DNA of 64,000 nt. It comes from Candidatus Latescibacterota bacterium (GTDB lineage: Bacteria > Latescibacterota > UBA2968 > GCA-2709665). Location of the stretch: assembly GCA_965219455.1 (NCBI GenBank), contig OZ244744.1, positions 1,056,001 through 1,120,000 on the forward strand. The letters run 5' to 3'. The notes beneath the pieces were generated by a model. The model saw nothing but the letters and a program-made list of their open reading frames with translations. It did no database searches and was not told the origin of the DNA. Shown here piece by piece: positions 50,159 to 59,873 of this stretch; position 1 is the first letter of the stretch; each line of letters begins with the position of its first letter. The position numbers and the translations under genes are program-made.

Positions 50159-51097
50159 GTGTCTAACAACATCATCGTACGTCTGCTCATCTATTATATC
50201 ACCTGGCTTGTGATTCTCAATGTGATCTTTCATGTTTTTCCCGAAATTCTCCATTACGTCGCCAAGGAGCGTGAACGCATATTCGTGGGAAAATCGCTCG
50301 GCTCGGGCGTCGACGCTGCGGTTCCACTGGGAAACATCAAGGAAGGGATAAACCGCCTTCTCGATCCGGCACATACGATTCCGGTTGTGGTCGCGCTGGT
50401 ACTGGCCTTCGGGGTTACCCTCCCGATTACCTGGGTATATGCCTGGACGCATTCGCCCAAGAAATACAGCCAATCCTTTTTACACACGCTGCTCGTGATG
50501 CCAGTCGCCATCGCGCTGGTTGTCTTTCTGGTTAAAGGCAGTCTTGCCCTTGCGTTCAGCCTGGCTGGCATCGTGGCCGCCGTCAGCTTTCGGATCTCGC
50601 TCAGAGCGACTATGGATGCCGTGTACATGTTTATGGTTATAGGGATCGGGCTGGCCGCCGGTACTCAGCTTACGACAGTGGCCTACATCGCATCGTTGGC
50701 TTTTGTCACCATAACGCTGGGCGTCTGGAAGACCAATTATGGAGCACAACCTCCTGTACTTTCCGGCTGGAGAATTGTCTCGCCGAGGAAATCGGTCGAA
50801 ACCTCCGAATCAGAGGATAATGCAGCCGGGAATTCCGTTGATTTCCGGATCGCCGTGCATGCAACGAACGTCAATGCAGCGCAAAAAGCAGCAGGCCCGA
50901 CCCTTGACTCCGATAGCATAAAGTGGAAGGTCGCAGATATGATCGAGAATGAAGATGGAACGGTCGTCGTTATGTATGATGTCTCTTCGAATCAATCCGT
51001 CGCTCTGCCCTCTCTGGTCCGGGATATTGAGAAGAGAGGAAAAAAGCGTATTAAAGGCGTCAAACTGACCGAAGGTGAGACAGATCAGAGTTTATAA
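50159..51097 (+). CDS. DUF4956 family membrane protein
   Basis: Motifs SLALAFSLAGIVAAVSFR and DAVYMFMVIGIGLAAG; several TM helices followed by a soluble C-terminal domain. Confidence 0.82.
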   Translation: MSNNIIVRLLIYYITWLVILNVIFHVFPEILHYVAKERERIFVGKSLGSGVDAAVPLGNIKEGINRLLDPAHTIPVVVALVLAFGVTLPITWVYAWTHSPKKYSQSFLHTLLVMPVAIALVVFLVKGSLALAFSLAGIVAAVSFRISLRATMDAVYMFMVIGIGLAAGTQLTTVAYIASLAFVTITLGVWKTNYGAQPPVLSGWRIVSPRKSVETSESEDNAAGNSVDFRIAVHATNVNAAQKAAGPTLDSDSIKWKVADMIENEDGTVVVMYDVSSNQSVALPSLVRDIEKRGKKRIKGVKLTEGETDQSL

Positions 51098-51178
51098 CCT
51101 GTAATCTAAAAGCCTCCAGTCAACAGGGAAAATCATGCAGGCAGGAACTGACGGGAATTGATAACGGTATAATTGTAA

Positions 51179-52147
51179 ATGAAGAACTTTAGAGAAAAAT
51201 ACACGCAGGACTACCCTGGTCTCGGCTTTCTTCTCTACATGCTGACGATGGGATCAGGAACGGCCGCAACCGCGGAATTCACTGGAGATGCCTTAAACGC
51301 AAATCCGGAAACTTCAGGTGTCCTCCCTTCCGCGGACACAATGACGGCATCCAAAAGGAAGATATCCCTCGAAAGCTATACCCTGGATCCGGAGACCGCG
51401 ACGCACTGGAAGCTTCCCAGGGATCTCGAGGAGATCTCCGGTCTGGCAATGACCGGAGACGAACGACTCCTGGCGCACAACGATGAGAGAGCGATCATTT
51501 TCGAGATCGATTATCTGCAAGGGTCAATCGTAAAGGCATTCCAACTGGCGGATATGAATCACCCGGTTGCCGGTGATTTCGAGGGCATTGCCGCGACTGA
51601 CGACGGGATCTTCCTGGTCACAAGTACGGGGCGGCTGTACGAGTTTCATGAGGGAATTGCCGGGGAGTCCGTTCTGTTTAACGTCTACACGACCGGGGTT
51701 GGCAGAGATTTCGAAATAGAGGGCCTGACGTATGACCGGGGCCTTCGCGTACTCCTGCTGATGTGCAAGGATGCTCGCAGCCTGGAAACGGAAGGGCAGC
51801 TGGCGATATACCAGTGGTCAGTTGACGAAAAACAGATGAAAGAAAATGGACGCATCCTGATACGAGTGAAAGAATTCGCCCGACACGTCAGTGGACGGAA
51901 ATTCCATCCTTCGGGAATCGAGCGGCATCCGGTTTCCGGGAATTATTTCGTCGTAGCTGGCCGTCAGGGGGCGATCGCCGAAATTACGCCGGCTGGACAG
52001 GTCGTTGCCGTCAGGAAGTTTCCCGCCAGGTGGCATCGTCAGGTTGAAGGTATTACCTTCGCTGCGGACGGCACGCTGATCGTTGCCGATGAAGGCGCGG
52101 GGAGGAAAGGCAGGCTGACCCTCTATCCGGTTTCGGACGGTTGGTAA
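51179..52147 (+). CDS. SdiA-regulated (YjiK-like) beta-propeller protein
   Basis: Repeating motifs LEEISGL, AHNDE, DFEGIA, EIEGL, PSGIE and QVEGITF...ADEG. Confidence 0.8.
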   Translation: MKNFREKYTQDYPGLGFLLYMLTMGSGTAATAEFTGDALNANPETSGVLPSADTMTASKRKISLESYTLDPETATHWKLPRDLEEISGLAMTGDERLLAHNDERAIIFEIDYLQGSIVKAFQLADMNHPVAGDFEGIAATDDGIFLVTSTGRLYEFHEGIAGESVLFNVYTTGVGRDFEIEGLTYDRGLRVLLLMCKDARSLETEGQLAIYQWSVDEKQMKENGRILIRVKEFARHVSGRKFHPSGIERHPVSGNYFVVAGRQGAIAEITPAGQVVAVRKFPARWHRQVEGITFAADGTLIVADEGAGRKGRLTLYPVSDGW

Positions 52148-52278
52148 TTGCAACACCTTTATGCGCAGGCATTCGGATCATCAAAAGAATCGGCTTCGCC
52201 TGCGTCCGTCAGTGGGCATAAAAAAAGGCCCCGATTCGATCTTCCCGGGCCCTTGTTTCATTACTGCGTGTCTCGCCA

Positions 52279-53370
52279 CTATGCGGATATCGGCCTGCGC
52301 TCCATAAACGACCTTGTGATGTCGATAATCAACCTGATATCCTCCCGCGCTTCGGACGCAGGCGTCCGGCAGGCGTCCTGCCCGACAATACATGAATGAA
52401 AGTGGCGCAGTTCGCGCACAAACGGGCTTTCCCACGCCACCGCCGGCCGACGGGTGGACGTCTCGCCCCGGACGTTCATTTCATACACAACAACCGTGGA
52501 CAGAATCCCCCTCGCGAAACCCGTCGGATAGGAAACCAGCACGCGCCGGTCGCCGCCGTACACTTCCAGCGTCTCCTTGAAGTCCCAGAGTTCCGGCAGG
52601 TCGACCCAGGACGCGACGCAACGTGCGCCGTTGCTGTACGACAGCACCGTCGAAATCGCCCGCCCTTCGTTCCACACCTCCGTGCTGATCACCGACTCCG
52701 GCATCCCCAGCATCACACGAAGACAGTACAAATCGTGGATCATGCTTCCCGAAAGCGTGAAGAATGCCCGAACCGCGTCTCCCGGCGCCTCACCGATCGC
52801 CTCAAGTACCGCCGCGGCCCTGGCTGCGTGCGTCTCCGCGACCTGTGCCGCCGGCAAATCGTCAAACCGCATGAGCCTGTATTGGCGCAGATGCAGCCGG
52901 TTGTCCGGGTGCAGATGATTCACCTGAACGAATCGAATATCCGACATCCCGTCCACCTCGGCTTTAGCGGTCTCGAACGCCGGATCGTACACTTTCATAT
53001 ACCCGGCCTGCGCGACCACGCCAGCCCGCTCGGCGGCCTGTGCGATCGTGTCCGCCTCTCTTAGGGAAAAACAGACCGGCTTTTCAATCAACACATGTTT
53101 GCCCGCGTCCATCGCGGCGACGGCCGCTTCGGTCTTCGGGTCTGAATGGCACAGGAGCACCGCCTCCACGTCGTCCGACCTGACAAGCCTGCGGAAATCC
53201 GTCACCGACGCCGGAACATGGAATGACTTCGCCGCCCAGTCAGCCAATCCGGGCGACAGATCGCATACGGTCGTGACCTCGAACTCCTCCCTCAACCCTG
53301 CCAGATTCGGCAGGTGCTGCACCTGCGCGATTGCGCCGCATCCCACCACCCCCAGCTTGACGGGTGCCAT
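52279..53370 (-). CDS. Gfo/Idh/MocA family oxidoreductase
   Basis: Motifs GVVGCGAIA, GKHVLIEKP and MIHD. Confidence 0.9.
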   Translation of the reverse strand: MAPVKLGVVGCGAIAQVQHLPNLAGLREEFEVTTVCDLSPGLADWAAKSFHVPASVTDFRRLVRSDDVEAVLLCHSDPKTEAAVAAMDAGKHVLIEKPVCFSLREADTIAQAAERAGVVAQAGYMKVYDPAFETAKAEVDGMSDIRFVQVNHLHPDNRLHLRQYRLMRFDDLPAAQVAETHAARAAAVLEAIGEAPGDAVRAFFTLSGSMIHDLYCLRVMLGMPESVISTEVWNEGRAISTVLSYSNGARCVASWVDLPELWDFKETLEVYGGDRRVLVSYPTGFARGILSTVVVYEMNVRGETSTRRPAVAWESPFVRELRHFHSCIVGQDACRTPASEAREDIRLIIDITRSFMERRPISA

Positions 53371-53441
53371 CTGATTCCTCTGTCTACGTGTTCTGGTTCG
53401 GGAGCCCGAAAGAGATCACGGCGAATCCAAATCACCGGTTC

Positions 53442-54074
53442 CTAAGCGGCCGGCATCCGTTCGATACGATCCGCCAGCGCGTTCCATCCGTCCGCGAGAT
53501 CGTACGCCTGTCTGAACACCTTGTATAGGGACCGCCACACCGCCTCCCTCGCTTCGACGGCGGCGTCCTTCCTGTCACCCTGAAGGCGATCCGCCGCGTC
53601 CTCCTGCACCCTCACCAGGGCCGCCGCGTCCTGCGCCAGGACACGAGCCCTCTCCAGGTTCCAGTTGACCAGCTCCCCGATCGACTGCGTGTCGTCCGGC
53701 TCCACGTCGTACGAACTCGAAGGCGCAAAGCGGGTCGGCATCCGCTCGCCACCCGCAGTCCTCCCGGTATGCGTGGGCTGGATGTGCGGGGTGACGGAAA
53801 GGTACATCGTCATCGGCTCATCCCCCACGGTCCGCACGGAGTGGATCTCATCCGCGAGAGCCACGCACAACTGCCCCGGGCCCACCTCCCGGGTTCCGCC
53901 GTTTATCCTGAATTCCGCCCGACCGGCCAGCACAAGAAAGATCTCGTGGCCCAGATCGTGGCTGTGCAACGACGCGGACTCGCCGGGCTGCATGCGCACG
54001 AACCGCGACCGGGTCTGGGGCGTGACGAGCATGTTGCACACATCCGTCCGATAATCATACACCTGAAAACTCAT
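53442..54074 (-). CDS. Cupin domain protein
   Basis: Cupin motifs LHSHDLGHEIFLVLAG and EIHSVR; helical C-terminus. Confidence 0.85.
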   Translation of the reverse strand: MSFQVYDYRTDVCNMLVTPQTRSRFVRMQPGESASLHSHDLGHEIFLVLAGRAEFRINGGTREVGPGQLCVALADEIHSVRTVGDEPMTMYLSVTPHIQPTHTGRTAGGERMPTRFAPSSSYDVEPDDTQSIGELVNWNLERARVLAQDAAALVRVQEDAADRLQGDRKDAAVEAREAVWRSLYKVFRQAYDLADGWNALADRIERMPAA

Positions 54075-54098
54075 AGGATCCTCCTTGTCGACCCGGGT

Positions 54099-54386
54099 TT
54101 ATCCCACCGCTCGAAGTTTTCGGATTTCCTTGTCGGGTCGACTTTTGGCCAAGTCATGATTTCGTTGTAGATTTAACCATAACTCCGGCGTTGTTCCCAG
54201 AGCTTGAGCAAACAGCCAGGCGGTATTCGGGGTTACGCCTCTTTTGCCACGAATAATCTCGTTGACCCTCTGGAGCGGTACTTCGATATGCCTGGCGAAC
54301 GCCACCTGTGTTATTTCCAGGGGCTTTAGGAATTCTTCCAGAAGAACTTCCCCCGGATGGGTCGGAATTCGGTTTTCCGGCAGCAT
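54099..54386 (-). CDS. higA: HigA antitoxin
   Basis: Motifs THPGEVLLEEFL, RVNEIIRGKRGVT and WLNLQ. Confidence 0.93.
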   Translation of the reverse strand: MLPENRIPTHPGEVLLEEFLKPLEITQVAFARHIEVPLQRVNEIIRGKRGVTPNTAWLFAQALGTTPELWLNLQRNHDLAKSRPDKEIRKLRAVG

Positions 54387-54402
54387 TTTGCCTCCAGATT
54401 AA

Positions 54403-54693
54403 TTAGTGATAGTCAGTCAGCGATACCTGATTGGCGGAATTCTCAGACCATCGAAAGATTATTCGCCACTGATCATTGACACGGATCCCATGAAATCCCC
54501 GAAGACCACCCTTCAGAGCTTCCAAATGATTGCCAGGAGGAACCCTCAAGTCTTGCAGGCGATGTGCAGTTGCAAGAACATCCAATTTACGCAAAGCAAT
54601 ACGTGCTACATGCGGGGGAAAGCTGCGGACGCGTCTCGTTTTTCTGTTGTGGTACAAATCCTCAGTTGCGGAGTCTCCAAATGACTCGATCAT
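54403..54693 (-). CDS. higB: HigB (RelE/ParE superfamily) toxin
   Basis: Motifs MIESF.D, DLRVPPGNHLEALKG, IRVNDQWRIIF and terminal DYH; lies upstream of higA. Confidence 0.93.
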   Translation of the reverse strand: MIESFGDSATEDLYHNRKTRRVRSFPPHVARIALRKLDVLATAHRLQDLRVPPGNHLEALKGGLRGFHGIRVNDQWRIIFRWSENSANQVSLTDYH

Positions 54694-54710
54694 GAATTCT
54701 TCTTGCTTTC

Positions 54711-54740
54711 ATTTTAATGATTTCACGGTAATCGTGTAAA
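54711..54740 (-). promoter_or_regulatory. Probable higBA promoter with overlapping palindromic operator
   Basis: Minus strand TTTACA-N18-TAAAAT, containing the inverted repeat CACG ATTAC CGTG. Confidence 0.5.
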
Positions 54741-54873
54741 TATAGCCAGTTCCGCTTGACACATCAATACAAAATTCGTGCCAGTTTGCGTTTTTTAATT
54801 GAGGTGGACGAAACACCGGATGGCTTTGTCTGAGTTGCTCTCTAACCCGATGCTTGTCCGTTTTCGCACGGAC

Positions 54874-55893
54874 TTACCTGCATCTCTCCCCACCGATGGT
54901 CCCGTCTTCCAGCATTGTCAACAGGGCCGAATCCTCCACGTCCAGGGGCAGGCCCACCCTCCCCCGGCGCCGGCTGGATTCATAGGTAGCAAAAATCAGT
55001 TCCGTCGCCTGCAATGCCTTCTGGCCGCTCAACACCGGTTCGCGCCCCGTCTTGACGCAATCCACAAGATCCAGCACCGAGAGCACGCTTGGATTTACCT
55101 GGGGCCCCGGCAGGTCCGGGACCTCCCAGCCGGAGCCGGAGCGCATGATCCGGATCGGGGGCTTGTCACGCCCGCCGCCCACTTCGATAATTCCCTCCGT
55201 CCCAATCAGCCGGTTCGACACGCCGTGCAGTTCGGCGTCACCGGTTGTCAGCAACCCCTCCAGGCCGTTCCGCCAGCGAATCCAGGACAACCCGCCTGCC
55301 TCCACTTCCACGCCGAATATTTCCCGTTTTTCCGACGCGTCGATCTGCCCGAGCACCCACTCCGCGGGTTCGTCGTTATTGTAAAAGAAAAACATGTCGA
55401 ACCAGTGCGTTCCCCAATCGAGCAAATTGGGACACGCCCCCTCCACCCGGAAAAGCTTCCCGATCGAGCCGTCATTCGCAAGCGCCTTCGCCTTAATGAA
55501 AGGCGCCTCGAAGCGCCGCTGGTGGCAGAACGTAATGACGACGTCGCGGTCGACGCACGCCTGGTACATCGCTTTTGCATCGCCCCACGTGGGGGCCATC
55601 GGTTTCTCCGAGTGGATGGCCCGCGCGCCGCTCCCGGCCGCCGCCGTGACCATTTCCCGATGCATTCCGATCCAGGTACATACGCTGACGAAATCGAGAT
55701 CCTCCCGTACCAGCATCTGCCGGTAGTCATCATAGGACCGTACAACGTCGAACTGCTCCGCCAGGTTCTGTCTGGCCCCTTCCATCGGATCCGCGCACGC
55801 CACGATTTCAACCTCGGGCGACGCGGCATAACCCTGCGCGTGCGCGCGCCCCCTGCCTCCGCAGCCGATGATACCCGCCTTGAACCTCGCCAT
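54874..55893 (-). CDS. Gfo/Idh/MocA family oxidoreductase
   Basis: Motifs GIIGCGGRG, SEKPMA, HQRRF and DWGTH. Confidence 0.9.
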   Translation of the reverse strand: MARFKAGIIGCGGRGRAHAQGYAASPEVEIVACADPMEGARQNLAEQFDVVRSYDDYRQMLVREDLDFVSVCTWIGMHREMVTAAAGSGARAIHSEKPMAPTWGDAKAMYQACVDRDVVITFCHQRRFEAPFIKAKALANDGSIGKLFRVEGACPNLLDWGTHWFDMFFFYNNDEPAEWVLGQIDASEKREIFGVEVEAGGLSWIRWRNGLEGLLTTGDAELHGVSNRLIGTEGIIEVGGGRDKPPIRIMRSGSGWEVPDLPGPQVNPSVLSVLDLVDCVKTGREPVLSGQKALQATELIFATYESSRRRGRVGLPLDVEDSALLTMLEDGTIGGERCR

Positions 55894-56078
55894 AGACCCT
55901 TCGGCCCTCCTGTTCCGATTCAGCCTGCGATATCCGTTCCGGAATCTTCAACAAACCAGGAACCGGGGTATAACCCCGCGACGTTTCGCTCTCATTCCCC
56001 TCCTGATATCGAACAACGCCGCGTCATTCGACACGGCGTGCTCGGCGATACTGAACTCATCTGGGGCAATCCGTCCAT

Positions 56079-56576
56079 TTATGCGGCAGCCCGTTTCCTA
56101 CCATTTTTTCCAGCCATTCGCTTCGCGGCCTCCTGCACGGCCTCCACGATTTTCGTATACCCCGTGCACCGGCAGAGATTGCCGGCCAGCGCCCGCCGGA
56201 TCTCCTCCTCAGTCGGCGCCGCGGTCTTCTGCAGAAGCCCATAGGACGAGACAATGAACCCTGGCGTACAAAAACCACACTGCAGCCCTCCCAAGCCCAC
56301 CATGGCCTCCTGAACCGGATGCAGAGCGTCAACGTCCGCGATGCCTTCCACCGTTGTAATTTCCCGGCCGGAGGCAGCGACAGCCAGCACCAGGCAGGAC
56401 GTCACGGGCTCACCGTCGAGCAGTACCGTACAGGCGCCGCAGTCGCCCGTTGAACATCCCTCCTTGGTGCCGGTCAGCCCCAGGCGATCCCTCAGCACGG
56501 CCAGCAGCGTCTTGCGCGGCTCCACGGACAATTCATTCAAGGTTCCGTTTACGTTCAACCCGATCTCGTGGTTCAT
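56079..56576 (-). CDS. Xanthine dehydrogenase family 2Fe-2S small subunit (CoxS-like)
   Basis: Motifs GCSTGDCGACT, QCGFCTPG and NLCRCTGY. Confidence 0.93.
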   Translation of the reverse strand: MNHEIGLNVNGTLNELSVEPRKTLLAVLRDRLGLTGTKEGCSTGDCGACTVLLDGEPVTSCLVLAVAASGREITTVEGIADVDALHPVQEAMVGLGGLQCGFCTPGFIVSSYGLLQKTAAPTEEEIRRALAGNLCRCTGYTKIVEAVQEAAKRMAGKNGRKRAAA

Positions 56577-57469
56577 GCCGCCCTCCTTTTCGATCCCGAC
56601 CGGTGCTGCGTATTCCCGAACGCCGCCGCAACCATCCGCCCGGTCAGTACCCGCACCATCTCCCGTCTGAACTCTGCCGAGCCCCGAACGTCGCTGATCG
56701 GTCTCGCCTCCGCCGCCGCCACGCCCGCCGCCTCCGCGATGACTTCGTCCGTAAGCCGCTGCCCCCTCAGTACGCGTTCCGCGGCCCTTGCTCGCAGGGG
56801 CGTCGGCGCTACGGCGCCCAGCACGATGTGCGCGTCCTGGCAGACGTGAGTACGCAGCGCCAGCGTAACCGCGGCGCCCACGCCCACCATCGCGATATCC
56901 ATCGCGCCCCGGGGCGTATGCCGGGCATAGGCCGATCCGGTTCTCGGGGACGGCACGGGCGCTTGAATGGCGATGACGAACTCGCCGGATTTAAGCGTGG
57001 TCCGACCGGGGCCGGTCATAAAATTCTCCACCAGCATTGACCGCTGTCCGTTCGGACCAGCGATCTTTACCCTGGCGCCGTGGACGATCAATCCCGGCGC
57101 GGTATCCGCGGAGGGGGCCGCATTGCAGATATTGCCCACGATTGTAGCGAGGTTCCGGATCTGGAAGGAGCCCACCACCCGGGCGCCCTCGGCAAGACCC
57201 GTGTAATCCATCTGCGCGGCCGGCATGAGTTCAACCTGGCGCATGGTCACGGCCGCCCCGATCGTGAGTCCGGTTTCCCTGTCGAAGCGCAGTTCATTTG
57301 CACCGGGAATACGCCGGACGTCCACCAGTGTATCGGGGGTTCGCGCCCGTTCCTTCATCTGCACAAGCAGGTCGGTGCCTCCGGCCAGCACCTTCGCCTG
57401 AGGATAGGCCTGCAGCACCTCCGCCGTTTCCCGAACGGTTCCAGGCGCGAAATATTCGAATCGATTCAC
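56573..57469 (-). CDS. Xanthine dehydrogenase family FAD subunit (CoxM-like)
   Basis: Motifs LAGGTDL, IRNLATIVGN, APSAD and PISDVRGS. Confidence 0.93.
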   Translation of the reverse strand: MNRFEYFAPGTVRETAEVLQAYPQAKVLAGGTDLLVQMKERARTPDTLVDVRRIPGANELRFDRETGLTIGAAVTMRQVELMPAAQMDYTGLAEGARVVGSFQIRNLATIVGNICNAAPSADTAPGLIVHGARVKIAGPNGQRSMLVENFMTGPGRTTLKSGEFVIAIQAPVPSPRTGSAYARHTPRGAMDIAMVGVGAAVTLALRTHVCQDAHIVLGAVAPTPLRARAAERVLRGQRLTDEVIAEAAGVAAAEARPISDVRGSAEFRREMVRVLTGRMVAAAFGNTQHRSGSKRRAA

Positions 57470-57490
57470 AACCTCGACCTCCCTTGCTAA

Positions 57491-59677
57491 TCAATTGTCC
57501 ATTGCCGATAGTGCCGCTACGACCCGCTCCGGGGTCATGGGCAGTTCCCTGACCCTTGCACCCACCGCGTCGTAGATCGCGTTGGCAACCGCAGCGCCCC
57601 CTGGAATGATTGGCGGCTCCCCCACGCCCTTACCCCCGTATGGCCCGTGCTCGCAGGGATCCTCGACCATAACGGTCTTGATATTCGGCACGTCCAGCGC
57701 CGTCGGGATCGCGTAATCCAGCAGGTTGGGATTCAGCATCCTGCCCTGATCGTCATACCGGTAGCCCTCCATCAGGCCGAAACCGATCGACTGGATGGCG
57801 CCACCCTGCATCTGGCCTTCCACCAGCAGGGGATTGAGCGCCCTGCCCACGTCCTGTCCGGCCACCAGATCGATCAGCCGCACCTTCCCCGTGCCCCGAT
57901 CGACTTCCACCGTAGCGACGTTTACCGAATACGAGGGATAGGTGGGTACGCTGCTCAGCACACACCGACCGTTTACGGCGCCATTGGACTCGATCGCCAC
58001 GCCCGCCAACTCGCCGAGGCCGACGGCATGTTCCGGCGAACCGACGATCTGCACCCGTTCATCCGCGATGACCAGGTCGTCCACTGCGGCTTCCAGTTTT
58101 TCCGCGGCCATACGCAACAACTGCTCTCTTGCCTCGCGGGCGGCCTCGCGCGCGGCCGTTCCAGCCGAATAAGCCGCCTTGCTACCCGCGCTCAACGACG
58201 CGTAGGGCACCGTGTCCGTATCCCCGAGCCGAACCGTCACCTTCTCGACCGGCACGCCCAGTTCCTCGGCCACGACCTGCGCCATCACCGTATGCAGTCC
58301 CGTGATGTCCACCTGGCCGGTCACCACGGCCACGGATCCGTCAGCGGACATTGTCACGAACGCGTTGGTCGGACCGGACGCGTTGTGCCAATCCCCCACG
58401 GCGATTCCCATACCCTGGTTGGGTTTCAGTTCGCGGCGGCCCCATCCCGCGGCTTCGGCGGACTTTCGGATGGTGTCTTTCAGCCAGTCGTGCTGTATCA
58501 GTGGCTGATCGCCTTTGCCCAACCCGTTTTTCAAACGGATCTCCACCGGGTCGATTTCCAGCTTCCGGGCCAGCATGTCCAGGTTGGATTCCCTGGCAAG
58601 CGCCGTTTGCGGGCCACCGGGGGCCCGGTACGCGCCCGGCCCCGGCTTGTTGGTGCGCACGGCCATACCTTCCAGCCTGACATTCGGAATCTTGTAGGGC
58701 CCCAGCAGCCGGTTCGCCGCCCCGCCGCTGCCCAGAAAACCGCCGTCCCACACGATTCGCCCTTCAACGGCCGTCAGGGTCCCGTCTTTTCGCGCACCCG
58801 TCTTCAACCGTACCCAGCATCCCGGCCCCGGGCGGCTGTCGCGAAAATCCTCCCCGCGGTTGATCGTCACCTTCACCGGTCGGCCCGTGCGCATCGCCAG
58901 CAGGGCCGTATGCGCTTCAATATTCAGGCGATTCTTCCCGCCGAAACTGCCACCGGTTTCGGTCATAATCACGCGCACGCGCCCCTCGGGCAGGTTCAGC
59001 GCCTCCGCGAGGCCTTCCCTCTTGGTGAAACTGCCCTGCCCCGCCGCCCAGACAGTCAGCCGTCCATCCGCCTCCACGCGCGCCGTGGCCGCATTCGGTT
59101 CCATGTAGGTCTGATTGAAAAAAGGAACCTGATATTCCGCCTCGACAATCGCGTCCGCGTCCGCAAAGCCTCGCTCGACGTCCCCCTCCTCCAGCACATT
59201 GTAGGCCGTCACGTTCCGCAATCTGCGGCCGTCCGAATCCCTCACGTCCTCTGTGGGCGCCCCCAGGACGGCCTCCGGAGCATCCGGATCCATGGCGTCC
59301 ACAGGATCCACAACCGCGGGCAATACTTCATAGTCCACGTCGATCAACGCAAGGGCGTCGTCTGCGATATCCGGATCCACAGCCGCCACGGCCGCCACCT
59401 TCTGCCCCTGGTAACAGACCTCTTCGGATTCGAAAATCGACAGGTCCGGCACGTCCCGGCCGCACACCACGTCGACCACCCCGGGCAGCTTCTTGGCTCG
59501 GGAGGTATCGATCTTCCGAATGCGCGCGTGACCGTGCGGGCTGCGCAGGATGCGGCCGTATAACATGCCAGGAAGCTGGATATCGTCGGCATACTGAATC
59601 CGCCCCGTCACGATATCCGGCCCGTTCAGCCTGGCCACCCGTTTCCCTACGGATTTCAACTCGCCTGGCGCTTGCAT
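57491..59677 (-). CDS. Xanthine dehydrogenase family molybdopterin-binding large subunit
   Basis: Motifs LRSPHGHA, GGSFGGK, AYRAPG, EGQMQGG, NLLDY and GKGVGE. Confidence 0.92.
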   Translation of the reverse strand: MQAPGELKSVGKRVARLNGPDIVTGRIQYADDIQLPGMLYGRILRSPHGHARIRKIDTSRAKKLPGVVDVVCGRDVPDLSIFESEEVCYQGQKVAAVAAVDPDIADDALALIDVDYEVLPAVVDPVDAMDPDAPEAVLGAPTEDVRDSDGRRLRNVTAYNVLEEGDVERGFADADAIVEAEYQVPFFNQTYMEPNAATARVEADGRLTVWAAGQGSFTKREGLAEALNLPEGRVRVIMTETGGSFGGKNRLNIEAHTALLAMRTGRPVKVTINRGEDFRDSRPGPGCWVRLKTGARKDGTLTAVEGRIVWDGGFLGSGGAANRLLGPYKIPNVRLEGMAVRTNKPGPGAYRAPGGPQTALARESNLDMLARKLEIDPVEIRLKNGLGKGDQPLIQHDWLKDTIRKSAEAAGWGRRELKPNQGMGIAVGDWHNASGPTNAFVTMSADGSVAVVTGQVDITGLHTVMAQVVAEELGVPVEKVTVRLGDTDTVPYASLSAGSKAAYSAGTAAREAAREAREQLLRMAAEKLEAAVDDLVIADERVQIVGSPEHAVGLGELAGVAIESNGAVNGRCVLSSVPTYPSYSVNVATVEVDRGTGKVRLIDLVAGQDVGRALNPLLVEGQMQGGAIQSIGFGLMEGYRYDDQGRMLNPNLLDYAIPTALDVPNIKTVMVEDPCEHGPYGGKGVGEPPIIPGGAAVANAIYDAVGARVRELPMTPERVVAALSAMDN

Positions 59678-59873
59678 TTCCTGCCCTCCTCATTTTCGAT
59701 TGCGGCGCTGAAAATCGTCAAAAAACGTCTACAAAGTTAATTCCCGCAGGACAAAAGTCAATGAACAAACATCTGCCAGGGGAAAGGGCAAATGAAGTGT
59801 GACAAGATGCACGGTTGCGCTCCGGGCCTATGAGGTCATCTTACTTTCATCTTATTGTTTTTTATTTTTTTAC

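Noticed and set aside
57491-59677. Aerobic CO dehydrogenase coxL
   Set aside because: Active-site loop AYRAPG, L-M-S order and absence of cox accessory genes do not fit CODH.
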